Below are positions 27,835 through 41,699 of a stretch of DNA of 64,000 bases, piece after piece. The notes beneath the pieces were generated by a model. It had not been told where the DNA came from and searched no databases. It saw nothing but the letters and a program-made list of their open reading frames with translations. This DNA is from Octopus vulgaris (Eukaryota): NCBI GenBank assembly GCA_951406725.2, contig OX597822.1:83514001-83578000 (forward strand). The letters are read 5' to 3'. The position numbers were made by a program, and so were the translations under genes. Each line of letters begins with the position of its first letter. Position 1 is the first letter of the stretch.

Positions 27835-28434
27835 ACATACCTATTTGGCAGTTCACCAGTGAACAATTCCCAAGTACGCAAAGAACACACCACACACACA
27901 CTCATTCAATATTACACACAGAAGAGAATGGGTTCACTTTATCATTCTCATCTAGAAATAATAAAATAGAATGACAATCGAATCCTGGTGTTAATGAAAT
28001 GAAAACAGCTGAGACCTAATCCCAGAGTCAGAAATAAATATTTGTGCATGGTCTTTTAAGCAACTCAACTGAAGTACATGAAATTCCAATCGGGAAAGTT
28101 AGGAAGTTTATATTACTGCGGGTAATTGTGTAATGAAACAGCAATAAGAAGAAAAACCGTGGTACAATAACGACTTAAGCATCGAAATTATAACAGCAAC
28201 ATCGACGTTTCTTACAACAAATACAAGCAGCAATATGACACATTTCAACAACAGCTTGCGTTGCTATGATGAGGAATTACGATGCATTAATATCTAAACG
28301 ATGCCGCGCTTCGTTTAGATGTTAGAGCATCGTAATTTTAAGATTACTATTATTCAGATAACAGATCTCAGTATGCGATGCTGTAAAGATGATTATATAT
28401 GTATATATATGTGAAGAATATATATATATTTGTG

Positions 28435-28474
<40 letters not shown>

Positions 28475-28592
28475 CCTACGTGAGTGTATATATATATATA
28501 TACATATGTGTGTGTGTGTGCGTGTATATAGAGAGACAGAGACAGACATATAGATAGATAGATAGATAGATTAATAGATAGATAGTCTGATG

Positions 28593-28703
<111 letters not shown>

Positions 28704-29925
28704 GGATGGATATACAGAGAGAAATAAAGAGATATATACTTATGTGTATACATATATATACATATATACATGTATGTATATATGTATGTATAATTGTGCA
28801 CACACAAGTGTTGCAATCCATAATATATGACAAAGAAACGCCTGGGAAGAAATGGGACATGATGAGACATCAAATCGAAATATAAAAAAAATTAACAATT
28901 GCATCCACGTAAATAAATCTTAAATGCTACGCATTTTGATTGAAATTTAGCTTCCATTTTATCATTCGCCGTTTTGTGAAGGATTTCCAATTAACGAATA
29001 TGTAGTCACGAATACAATTAACTCTCCAGCGATTTATACCCGATATTGGTATTATGGTGTTATGTAAAACCTTAAATAAAATATGCCCCAACATTACGTG
29101 TGTATGTATATATATATGTATGCATGTTCATATAGACACAGACACACAGACACACACGCACACACGTGCATGTATATATAAATATGCACGATTACATTTA
29201 TGTATGCATTTACATTTTCATGCTATATATATATACACACACATATATATAGTTATACACGAATGCATATATATATATGCTCGGAAAATATAAATACGCG
29301 TATGTGTATGTGCGTGTCTGTCTGTGTTAGAGAGTGTGTGCTCATTTAAATATATTGTCTCAGATGTATGTATATCGCACAGTCTCTCTCACTCGCATTC
29401 ATACTGAAAGAAGCAGGCATTCTGAGAGCGAATGACTGATTCGTTTGTTTGTTTGTTTGTTTTTTTTTTGTTTTTTTTTGCTCTGAAATGCAATTAAGCG
29501 CCAAAGAATTCTATGCTGTGAGGTACAATGGAATAACAGGATTTATACCCGAGATAAAAGGAGGATGGTCACGTAGACGAATATGGTCGTTTAGAAGACA
29601 GTGTCTGGTACGGCACTGCAGTAATGGGTTTCATTCTACAGTAACATACACAGCTACGACTTTGATGTTAACAACGTGTACAATTGTATATTGGACGAAT
29701 GTTTAATTGAGGCGACGTGACGAATCGAATCATTGAGTGGAGCAATAATTTTTTCCCGCTGAAAACAATAGAACTAATCATGTGTTGATCAATCTATATA
29801 ATTAGGTAAAGTGATATGACAGCGTCAATTTGTATTTATCTGAGAGAGTGAAAAAGATAGACGTTGATTGGTGGCTTCAATATAACTACATTGTTCCATA
29901 CATGCTTATCTACATCTCTACATGT

Positions 29926-30281
29926 GGAGGCGCAATGGCCCAGTGATTAGAGCAGCGGACTCGCGATCATAAGATCGCGGTTTGGTTTCCCAGACCGGGC
30001 GTTGTGAATGTTTATTGAGCGAAAACACCTAAATGCCCAAGAGGCTCCGGCAAAGTGTCGATCCCTGCTGTACTCTTTCACCACAACCTTCTCTCACTCT
30101 TTCTTCCTGTTTCTGCTGTAACTGTATTTCAAATGGGCCGGCCTTGACACACTCTGTGTCACGCTGAATCTCCCCGAGAACTACGTTAAGGGTGCACCTG
30201 TCTGTGGAGTACTCAGCCAGTTGCACGTTAATATCACGAGCAGGTTTTTACGTTGATCGGATCAACTGGAACCCTCGTCGT
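29926..30281 (+). mobile_element. tRNA-derived SINE family C, near full length
   Basis: head ggaggcgcaatggcccagtgattagagcagcggactcgcg (A box), B box ggtttggtttccc; body shared with 3245-3410. Confidence 0.85.
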
Positions 30282-30284
30282 TCA

Positions 30285-30420
30285 CCGGGGTCGGCTTTGC
30301 CTATCATCCTTTCGGGATCGATAAATTAAGTACCGGTTGAGCACTAGTGTCGATGTGATCGACTAGTCTCCAACACCTTAAATTTCAGGCATCGTGGCTA
30401 AAGTAGAAATGATTATTATT
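30285..30420 (+). mobile_element. Family-B SINE 3' half fused to the family-C copy, (ATT)n tail
   Basis: ggtcggctttgcctatcatcctttcgggatcgataaattaagtacc...aatttcaggcatcgtggctaaagtagaaatgattattatt. Confidence 0.8.
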
Positions 30421-31005
30421 GTTATTATTGTTGTTGTTGTATTTATAGTTGTTTAACTCCTGGTCAGTCCTGAACGAGAAACAGTATGATCGAAAGCTTT
30501 TTCATTGGCTCGGATGGCGGGGTGGGGGGTGAGCAATTCTAGGCTACCTGGGCTGCTTTTTATAGCACGTCGAGTGAAGGCTTTCGGTTGCCACGAAAAA
30601 ATTAGCCATTATTGCAAACAGCTATGTGAAAGCAGTGATAGTATATTTTATGATGGCCGTAGTAGTAGTAATAATAATAGTAGCAGCAGCAGCAAAAGCA
30701 GCATACAAGTGGCGGTGATAGTAGTAGTAGCAGTGGTCGTAGCAGCAGCAATTGTAATAGTAGTGGATGTGGTGGTGGTGGTGGTGGGCTAGTAATAGTA
30801 GATAAAATGCCAGTGATGGAAATTTTAAATTCCAGCGCAGCCCCGACCTAGTAGAAGGATAATCAAAGGCTTTCCAACCATGCCCATCTATAAATAGTGG
30901 CTCAATACTACGCTACACAGACTTATTTGTTTCCTATTCACACACGTCGGCTGACTGCGTAAAAATATTCATGTTTACTCGTTCATGATAATTATGATGG
31001 TAATA

Positions 31006-31043
<38 letters not shown>

Positions 31044-31777
31044 ACCGACGACAACAACGATGACGACGATGATGGAATTTTGTGGAAGATGATATCGGAA
31101 CATTTGTCATATCAGAGTAATAACAGTGCTGAGAGAGCTATGGCGATATTGTTGGCTTACATTGTTGTAACATGTGTCTATTTGTAGAGATGCCATCTAA
31201 ATACTTTGATCTGCAATAAGCACGCTCTCGTTGAGTTGAGTTCAGGAGCCGTTATCAAGAGCTGAGACTTATTAAAACGAAATGCTTTAGAACTTAAGAA
31301 CTTTGATTTGCTAAGAACGTAATTCCTATTTCTGGTTCCTGCGGTAACCATTGCCGGAAGGGAATTTGTGATAGATAAATGCTACATGATGTATCGGAAA
31401 TGGCGAATATTGGAATACTTATCAAACAAATGAAACACAAAATAGACCACCACACACACACACACATATATACACACACAGACACACACACACAAACACA
31501 CACACTCACACACATATTTACGGAAAGGTTATTTTAGCATTTGAAGATATGTAAAGCAATGGAAAAATGGAATTTCAAAAGATATCCAACGAAGATTGAA
31601 CTGGATATTTAAAATAGAAATGATTGAAACAGAAAAAAGAAACACCAACAAATTGGAAATAAAGAGACGGAAAGTAACTGAAGGAACAAAATACAATTTC
31701 ACGATATTTAAGACGGGAAATGGATTCAATCAAAATTTCCATAAATTTATGTTTCGAATTACAATGGATGTACACTA

Positions 31778-32014
<237 letters not shown>

Positions 32015-32399
32015 CTAAATCAACAATTTAAAAAAAATTCTCTGTGTTTACTTCCTCGTGTTCCGTTCTGTTGAAGAGCGTAGGTTCGTCAACGTAAATG
32101 ACTTTTTCATTTTCCCGAGCGTCAAACTAATACACCTTCTTGTTGTTCATACACCTGTCATCGTCTATTATATCTCTGTAAATTTCAACTACATACATAC
32201 ATACATACAAACATCGTAGCTGAAACCCTCGTTACACGATAAAAGTCATTGCCAAAAAAACTTATTGAAATGATTCATTATTGATGCCATGTGATGCCCT
32301 TATATGACTTTTAAACCCAGCCAAAGTTTTACACATTTTATTATATACAGCGCAAATGTGCTGGCTGGCAGGAGAAACAGGTGCCGCCGTATACACTTT

Positions 32400-32870
32400 C
32401 TTAACTTTTCAGATCTTCAGCTGAGAGAGACACCCTTCCACATTTTACACATGTTCTGTTGTGAATTGTAATAGCTACATCACTCTTTATCATGAGTCGA
32501 TTCCTGTGAGATTTTTGATGACTGACCAGGACTTCACGACTCAACCACCTCCTCTCGCAATCCACACACACAAAAAGTAACACTCCCTCACTCTCCACAG
32601 GTTCCCTTCTTCTAATTTCACTCGCATTTCTCTCATACTTCACTCTCTCTTCCTCAAACCCCAAACAACCACTATGCACTGACTTCCTCCATCCATCACG
32701 GTCTTGTGCCTCCCTCTCTCAATCACCAGCAGCAATTCCTGTCTGTATTAGAGCATTTTTAACGCCATCCTTAAACCTAAGTTTAGGTTTATGCGCTGGT
32801 CTCCTGCCATCTTCCAGCTCACCATAAAATAGCTGCTTGGGTAGTTTCTTATCACTCATCCGTAACACAT
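32400..32870 (-). mobile_element. RTE-clade LINE 3' fragment
   Basis: minus: VLRMSDKKLPKQLFYGELEDGRRPAHKPKLRFKDGVK...DRDGWRKSVHSG...CVDCERRWLSREVLVSHQKSH (RTE C-terminus plus C2H2-like finger). Confidence 0.9.
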
Positions 32871-32871
32871 G

Positions 32872-33525
32872 TTTTTCGTTATTTTTCATTAGTCCTGCCC
32901 GTTTACATTCTTGGCGTGTTGAATTCTTTAGTGGTGGATTCCCTTTGCGGATCTATTTCTAGCGTTAGAGTGACCACATGTGGTCTCTCTCTTATTACTT
33001 GTATTAATAATTTTTTCTGTATCACAGTTTTTTTACGCTAGGCCACTTGGTGTTTTAAATTGATGTTATTAATTAATATTCAATTTTTTTCACCCTTATT
33101 GTGATTTTAATTATGAATTAATATGTTCTCAAACTGGCAGTAAATTATTGGGGTAGTATTTACATCCGGTATTTTCAACGCGCCAGGAATGAGGATATTT
33201 GAACGTAACTACAAATATAATCGACTGTGCCGTTCGCCGTTGCTCGGCTTCGTATGGATTTTGGCGTTCGGTTCAGCAAATTATATTTTTGATATACTCT
33301 ACTGAGGATTCGAAAATGATTATGTAAGTAAAATTACACAATCTATTAACGATGAAACAATTGTATAGAGTTAATATATTTTTTCGTTATTTTTCATTTG
33401 TCCTGCCCGCTTACATTCTTGGCGTGTTGAATTAATGCTTGAGAACAATTCTTTAGTGGTGGATTCCCTTTGCGGATCTATTTCTAGCGTTAGAGTGACC
33501 ACATGTGGTCTCTCTCTTATTACTT

Positions 33526-33527
<2 letters not shown>
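32872..33527 (+). mobile_element. Partial tandem (1.3-mer) hammerhead-containing non-coding retroelement
   Basis: direct repeat 32872-33001 / 33380-33526 (offset 508 bp, 17-bp indel); hammerhead at 33296-33371; ends at (TA)n. Confidence 0.8.
33296..33371 (+). ncRNA. Minimal type-I hammerhead motif, intact core
   Basis: ACUCUA CUGAGGA UUCG...CGAU GAAA CAAUUG UA/ UAGAGU; perfect 6-bp stem I, palindromic ACAAUUGU, inner GAUU:AAUC and UGUAA:UUACA. Confidence 0.82.
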
Positions 33528-33570
<43 letters not shown>

Positions 33571-33574
<4 letters not shown>

Positions 33575-33782
33575 CTTTTTATACTCTTTTACTTGTTTCA
33601 GTCATTTGGCTGCGGCCATACTGGAGCACCGCCTTTAGTCGAGCAAATCGACCCCGGGACTTATTCTTTGTAAGCCCAGTACTTATTCTATCGGTCTCTT
33701 TTGCCAAACCGCTAAGTGACGGGGACGTAAACACACCAGCATCGGTTGTCAAGCAATGCTAGGGGAACAAAGACAGACACAA

Positions 33783-33857
<75 letters not shown>

Positions 33858-34023
33858 TACGACAGGTTTCTTTCAGTTTCCATCGACCAAATCCACTAAC
33901 AAGGCATTAGTCGGTCCGGGGCTATAGCAGAAGACAATTGCCAAAGATGCCACGCAATGGGGACTGAACCCGGAACCATGTGGTTGGTTAGCAAGCTACT
34001 TACCACACAGCCACTCCTGCGCC
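33571..34023 (-). mobile_element. Family-A tRNA-derived SINE, full length, internal (TA)n
   Basis: minus head ggcgcaggagtggctgtgtggtaag (A box), gggttcagtccc (B box); tail ctgaaacaagtaaaagag. Confidence 0.95.
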
Positions 34024-35092
34024 TATATATATAACTTTCTTTATCATTTAATTCTTTTTTTAACTCAGGATTTGTGGGAACGCCTGTTGTCTTGCCTCCG
34101 TGCGAGCTTGATATATGCAGCCTATCATACGATGCTACCTGCTTTTTCAACTAATATTTTCCTGATGATTCTGTCGGTGTTATAATTAACATAATTTATA
34201 ATAATTACTATATTTTATTTGGAAATAACATATTAGCGTTTAAAAGAGGAAGTTGTTTCAGAAAATACATTAAGCGAGATCAGCGTACTGTATTATTTAC
34301 ATAATTGTGAGAATGATAGTCGTATAACTTTGTCGTCTAATAATTTAGAAGGAAATATTAATTGCAATGTTCCAGTTGTATTCTTTTAGCAGTATGTCTT
34401 CCCACACGCTTTAGGTCTGTAATAGAAGATATTACATCTACACCTATGTTGCTCATAAATTCTAGCACAATATTATGCTATGGGGATTTCTTTCTTACAA
34501 GAAGCTGGAGTATATTTAAGAAAGGTAATGTGTTGTTTCTATTAACTAAGGAAGTCACTTCATGAAGAAAGAGGGGGAGAAAGAGAGAGAAAGAAATATA
34601 TTTAAAGGAGGGAAGAGTTAGTGGCGAAATAAGGAACGCTATACAGAATCACAGGAACGTTCAGCTCCTTATAATGAACAGTGAATTGAAGTGGGTTTTT
34701 TGTTAAAGCGAATGCTTTAAGGAAGGACGGTTTTGGGAATTGGTAAGGAGGTGACAGAGAAAAATGTATTTTGTTTTAACAAAAAATGTTTTCAAATGAA
34801 TTTTAGTTAATATGTTTTAATGCTTGCATCTTAGTGCAAGAAACTATCACCTTCTTCTAAATGAAAAGTGAATATTTATTTTATTCCATTAATTTTACAA
34901 AATATCGGCAATGAAAGAAAACATTTGATCATGAAAAAGAAACGAGATATATGTAAAAAAAAAAATAAAATACCAGTTACACATGGAGATGAGTCATAGA
35001 AGAGAGGAAAGAACAGATGAGGTCAACAAGTATATACAACAGATGAATGAAAGGGGAATTATTACTGCATTTAACCACAACTGTACATTTGT

Positions 35093-35237
35093 ATTCTTTA
35101 CTACTTGAGGCACAAGGCCCGAAATTTTGGTGGGAGAGAACCAGTCGATTAGATCGACTCCAGTACACAACTGGTACTTAATTTATCGACCCTGAAATGA
35201 TGAAAGGCAAAGGCGACCTCGGCGGAATTTGAACCCA
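35093..35237 (-). mobile_element. Family-B SINE, 5'-truncated
   Basis: ggcacaaggcccgaaatttt...actggtacttaatttatcgacc...gacctcggcggaatttgaac. Confidence 0.85.
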
Positions 35238-35519
35238 GCACAACCGTACATTAGTAATAGTGCAGTGTGTTATTGATGTTGCTTACTCAAGCCAGATCTT
35301 GAAGAGTGGAGGTATGTCATTGATGAGATCGCGAATAGCGATGAAAGGAGTTTGACAAATAAACAACTGATTGATTAAGTAGCACATTAAGGAACCGTCT
35401 ATTTATAAGATGGAGAGATCTCTAAAGTTATATAGTACCAGTTTGTGTGTGCGCTTATTATTTTAAATGTAATGACCCTCCCAAGGCACATGTTATTGGT
35501 GTTTATCGCGACTTAAACA

Positions 35520-36400
35520 GCTTTCATCGAGGTTGTTCTGCATTACCAGCTGCTCATTCGGGGTTCTTAGACATTTGCAGCAAAGGCTTTGTACTTATTT
35601 ATATGAGTAGTTTATCTTTTTAGCAAGATGGGTTTCTGTCGTTTCTGGCGTTAGATGTCTTGCCAACAACTTGCACATGCAAGTGCTACCAGTTAAAAGC
35701 TCCGTATATCGGAAGCTAGCAAGTGTATGGAGTCATCAGGAGAGAATGCGCACCGTTTCGGGGCCTACCTCTCGACGGCATCAATGCGCACCGGCCCCCT
35801 CACTGATATGAGGCCCCGCTTGCTAGATCAGCTGGTTATGAAGAACTCAATATACTTCTAGCCATCGCTCATCGTCTCTTTTTAACCAAATCCAGTGGCT
35901 AGCCTTCTCCACTGTAGATTGGTAGTGTTGACTTTACGATGAGTTAGGCCTAACGATAACAACAGTCGTCTCACGCTGTGTCCAAATAAATCTTTTCCTA
36001 TATCGTATATTGAGCTTGATAATTTTCCCAGTTTCTCCACTGTAGAGCCTGTCATTTTATAAAGAGCCCGACAAACCTTGTTTTCAAACTCTTTATATTT
36101 CACTTCCTCATTAGCAGCAGGCCACAAAACCCTCGGTTTCCTCTAAGTATTATCCGATGTACCAGTTTCATGACTTGTAGTTTCATCACGTGAAGAGTTC
36201 TCTGCTGTAGCATTTATCGATCCGCTGTGGTTTGAGTCCGGGGATGATTTGCCACGTGTTTTACGATCTGACGATCCACACTGCTCTGTTCTCTTCTCAC
36301 AAGTCTTTCCCTGATGTATCTTTAAGCCTCTCTCAGTTGCAAAGGTTCTATAGCACAGCTTGCATCTAATGCTTCATATTTTCGTTTGGCCGGCCATGTA
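35520..36400 (-). mobile_element. Hero/NeSL-like (RLE-type) non-LTR retrotransposon N-terminal fragment, decayed
   Basis: minus: CKLCYRTFATERGLKIHQGKTC (zinc finger), KPRVLWPAANEEVKYKEFENKV...GSTVEKLGKLSSSIYDIGKDLFG; heavily mutated downstream. Confidence 0.65.
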
Positions 36401-37324
36401 CAACTGGTGTTGTGCCATTTATTTGTTAGTGCTTCAGTGTTCTGAGTGATTAGTAGTATGTATTTTAGTGTTGGATAGTGATTAGATAGAGTATGTATTG
36501 TATGGGTTGTGTTACGCTATTGGGTACTCATTGTGCAGAACATGAAACGATGTTTGATGGTATCGAGTATCGATAACAGAAGAATGTGTGTTGTATTATT
36601 TTGTGTGACTGCGTTGAAAATTGTGGGTTGTGTTAAATCTTTACCCAGCGACTCCGTGGAGCATGTGTTGCGTGTGTAATTATTAGGTAATGATTATATC
36701 GAGAAAGTATTGTGTGTAGAAGCTGTACTATTGTGTGTAGAGTTGTCTTGTTATTGGACAAACAGTGCTTTGAGTAATGTAATGGCTGTGACGTGAAGAG
36801 CTAATGTACTTCTGGAATTGATTTTGAGGGTTATGAGCTTTCTCATGATTTTCATTAATATTTTAATATTATCGATATTGTTTTCACTTTCATGATTCGG
36901 ATTATCCATTTATCAATATTAAGCTTAATAGCAATGCTTTTAGTCAGAGTACAAATATTTTAGTTGCAGATTAAAAGATAATTATGCCGGCAGAGCCTGT
37001 TTTGATCTCATTGATAGTCTAGATAAGGATGTCCTGAGGATTATGACATGGGCGTTGTCATATTCTACGTTCCGTACATGTTGGTACTAAATGTCTGTTT
37101 TCTTGTGGACATCTAAGGATATTGTCTTTCTCATTCTGATCTGAGAAATTCGTGCTTCGCATTTACCAGTGTTATAAGAATGTATTGGTTTATGTCTATC
37201 ACTGTTTGAGTTGCCAAATAGTGGTTTTATCTCTAATTCATATTTTATATATTTGTACTGTGAAATTTGATTTAATACTAAATGTAATTTTTCCCTGTAA
37301 GTTTGGAGCTATGCTCCCTAATAT

Positions 37325-37439
<115 letters not shown>

Positions 37440-37486
37440 GTTTATAGGTACACATATGCATAGATACATGAAGAAATATAACATTT

Positions 37487-38247
<761 letters not shown>

Positions 38248-38863
38248 TATGTGTATACACGTTATGGAAACGGAAGACATCAGCCGGCATCAGCAAATAA
38301 TTTGTTTGCTAAAATCACTAAACAAGATCGGCCAATGTGGTTGACATTTAGAGACCTCCATGACTAAATTTGATTGAGGAAGCACAGTGCTGTCAGAACA
38401 ACGTTGTCGCAAATTCCCTCCATATTACTGAATAGGAAATGTCAAAACATCCTCTGAGGACGGGAGAAGTTATTGACTGAAGGCTTTATGCATCAGCCAA
38501 TATGAAAATACATACACACACATGCAAACGTACCTATAAACAAGCACACACGAGCACATTTTTAAATGTGTGTGTATACTTACAAATAGCACATGTGTAT
38601 ATGTAATTATGTATATATGTGTGTGTGTGTGCATGTGCGTGTAAATATACATACATATTCATATGTGTGTGTGTGTCTGTGTGTGTGAGTTACATACCGA
38701 GAAATTTCTCAATAAGTTATATGTCTGTAGAATCATTTATAGGAAAGAGTTGGTCCAAAAATTGGTGAAAATAACATACACACAGCTATATGCATATACA
38801 TACACACAAACACACACATCCATATATAGATATATAATTGCATACACACACATATATATATAC

Positions 38864-38925
<62 letters not shown>

Positions 38926-38944
38926 ATACACATATATATGTATA

Positions 38945-39188
38945 CATATCGTATTCTCTACTGATGAGGGAAAAATCCGTGGGATTAATACCGAAATTGA
39001 TTCAATATAGAGATAACGAATTAAAAAAAATTCTGTTAGCTTGCCTTCCTCAATTTTAGCTCGACGTGTATGTATATTGTAATGAGGTGAATGTATATTG
39101 TAATGAGGTGATTGGCGTTTTAAAGACTATTATCAGCATGTTGGCATAGAAATCTTTTTTCGTTTGCCCCTGTTTACAATTGTTCATA
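38945..39188 (+). mobile_element. (TA)n-flanked hammerhead-bearing unit, ~245 bp
   Basis: 3' end ggcatagaaatcttttttcgtttgcccctgttta resembles the minus-strand end of 46913-47390; 21-bp internal tandem. Confidence 0.7.
38955..39013 (+). ncRNA. Type-I hammerhead motif, fully canonical core
   Basis: UCUCUA CUGAUGA GG GAAA AAUCC GUG GGAUU AAUA CC GAAA UUGAUUCAA UA/ UAGAGA; G10.1:C11.1, 6-bp stem I, predicted cut after 39007. Confidence 0.85.
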
Positions 39189-39190
39189 TG

Positions 39191-39271
<81 letters not shown>

Positions 39272-39779
39272 TTGCGTATTCATTCTTAATAGATTCCGAC
39301 AGATTTGAACATGATTATGCTGATCACAGTTCTTTTTAGATACAAGGGAACAACTTCTAGATGACGAATGTATGTTCTCAGCACAAATTCGTTGTAAAGA
39401 CGTTGGTCCCCTTCGAATCCGTCGGAAAGTGTTAAGGAAATAATAATCGCTTTGATTCCCTTTGTTTAATGTGCATGTGACAATTTATATACAGAGACCG
39501 ATACAGATGTGCACGGTTACGTTTAATATATACAAATACATTTATATATATACTTGTATATTTTGAATAGTATTGCGTGTTTGCTGTATTGAAAATCTTT
39601 GGGTCTCATCTGTTGACTATGTGTGTTTGTGTGTGGTGGATGTATGATCTATGTAATAATCTCATAACTTGCATTTAAAAGCTTCTATACCATTATTGGC
39701 TACCACGTAACACCCTAAAATAGGATAATATCCGAGGTTTGATAAATATGTGGGACTCCGCTATTATATAGGATTAATA

Positions 39780-40248
39780 CAGGGTGTTCAGAAAGTTTCT
39801 CCGCACTAAGTATTTTATTGCAAAATATATATTTGTATTACGGAGATGTACTTGCATAGCAAATGACCTGATCTGAGATTGTGTGCCGGAACGAAAACAA
39901 TTGCAGCGTGGAAGGTGTTTATAAGTCATTTAAAAACACACAGAAACCGTTAGATTCACTTCAACATTTAAATTTAATTTTGCCAAAATATTTTCGTCGC
40001 TTTGAGACCACGACCTGTTCACTGACAAAATTCTGTGCTGCATCTTATAAAATAGTATAAGACTACAAAATAATATAGTAGACTTTACAAGACTTAAAAA
40101 AAAACTTATAAATATAAAAGAGAAAAAGTCTGGCGGTGTTAAATCAGGTCATCTTGGTGGCCAAATTCCCTTCGAAATAATCCGTTCACCGAAAAACTCT
40201 TGAAGTAGCGCCATATTGGGAATGCGGAGAGACTTTTTCAACACCCTG
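39780..40248 (-). mobile_element. Internally deleted Tc1/mariner element with TIRs and TA duplication
   Basis: TA-cagggtgttcagaaagtttctccgca ... tgcggagagactttttcaacaccctg-TA; minus remnant WPPR*PDLTPPDFF (~40122-40165), cf. Tc1-like WPPRSPDLTP.DF. Confidence 0.88.
39976..40032 (-). ncRNA. Minimal hammerhead motif with compensatory G3:C8 core
   Basis: minus: AAUUUUGUCA GUGAACA G GUCGU GGUCUCAAA GCGAC GAAA AUAU UU/ UGGCAAAAUU; 10-bp stem I, 5-bp stem II, palindromic AAUAUU. Confidence 0.78.
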
Positions 40249-40344
40249 TATAAGAATAATATAACACGAAGTTGGAAAATAGCAGGCTTTCATAGCAAAT
40301 CATAACAATGATTTCTGCTTTAAGTTGCTGAGAATACATTTATA

Positions 40345-40575
40345 CAGAAATCCCTCGACTACTGCGGCTATGTTCCAAAACCTCACACAGAAATAAATAA
40401 AATAGAAAAAATATAAACAGTTATCGACCGCACAAACTCGGATATATTGAGGGATCTGTGATGTAAATTTACATATATTAGGCAGAAAATTCCGCGATGT
40501 GTTGAGTGCGTGATAGGTGAACCGTGATGTACTGAGTGCGCGATATGTGAACCGCGATATGGCGAGGGATAACTG
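40345..40575 (-). mobile_element. pogo/Tigger-like MITE
   Basis: TA-cagaaatccctcg ... cgagggataactg-TA; subterminal tandem gtgaaccg(c/t)gat repeats. Confidence 0.75.
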
Positions 40576-41699
40576 TATATCATTATATAAAATCATACTT
40601 TAGAATAGTTATATAAATAAATATGATTCAGCGACATGGAAAAGAATAGAAATAATTGCTATATGTCGACTGGAATTACTTAAGGGCGTGATTCGTAATA
40701 ATGGGTTAGCATTATTATTGTTTGGAAGCCTGTCAAAATGATGGACGTTCATATATGTAGCGCATAGAGCAGAAATAGAACCATTTATATATGTCATTTA
40801 TAATTACATAAACGGAGTTGGGGCTACTAATAACGGGTTAACGTCGTTGCTTGAATGATTGTCAAACTTATAATAATTTGCGTATGTCAATTATAATCCT
40901 GTACTAATTGCAATGTTGTGGGAGGCCCAATATTAAATAATGGTAATATGACGTTTGCTGGAACGACATGCAAAAGGTTTTGTCTCCAGAATCTATGAAA
41001 AAACATGAAATTTTCAGAAAATTGGTTAAATTTATTCTCTTAAAGCAGAATTTTTAATATGCTCACCAATGCTTATAACAAGTCAGCATACTCGATGAGG
41101 TCGATAGAGAAATCATTGCAATATCTTGGAAGCCGATTAAAATAATATAATAGTTATAATAGGTACAAGATGACGACAATAATCAGAGGAGATCATACAG
41201 AATTCACTATCATATATTATTATAGAAAATATATATCTAAAAGTGGGGAAAGATATACAGAGCACATACAAACATGGGAAATTTAGCAGTTTAATATTAA
41301 AAAATGTAATGTCAGCAACTTAACGTTGGTGTCCGATGCAGAAACAAATGTTGGGAATTGGGAATTCTTTTGTATTCCGTCTCAGTGATGTCAGAGAACT
41401 GCCATTATCTTCATTTTCTGTGAGCCCGTGTTGTGTTGTCTTGTCAGCTGTAAAGACTCCTGTATACGTGTGTGCGCGTTTGTTCTGTTTGACGTGTCGA
41501 AGTGGAAGAGGAATCTCATGGGTGTACGTGTGTTTGCGTGTCTATGTTCTGTTTTTATGTATTTATGAGTTTGGAGGTAGCTAATGGGTGTACGTATGTT
41601 GCAATATTTCGATATTTTGGTGGTTAAAAAAGAAGTCACATGGACTATTTTCACTAATACGGCATTTTCGACGTTGATGTCGTCTTCTTGGAAATTTTT

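Noticed and set aside
29926-29995. tRNA-like sequence with A and B boxes (also heads at 47573 and 59059)
   Set aside because: No complete cloverleaf; continues into SINE bodies, so not tRNA genes
37028-37112. CTGAGGA followed by a TATGACA/TGTCATA hairpin
   Set aside because: No GAAA after the hairpin and no valid UH site
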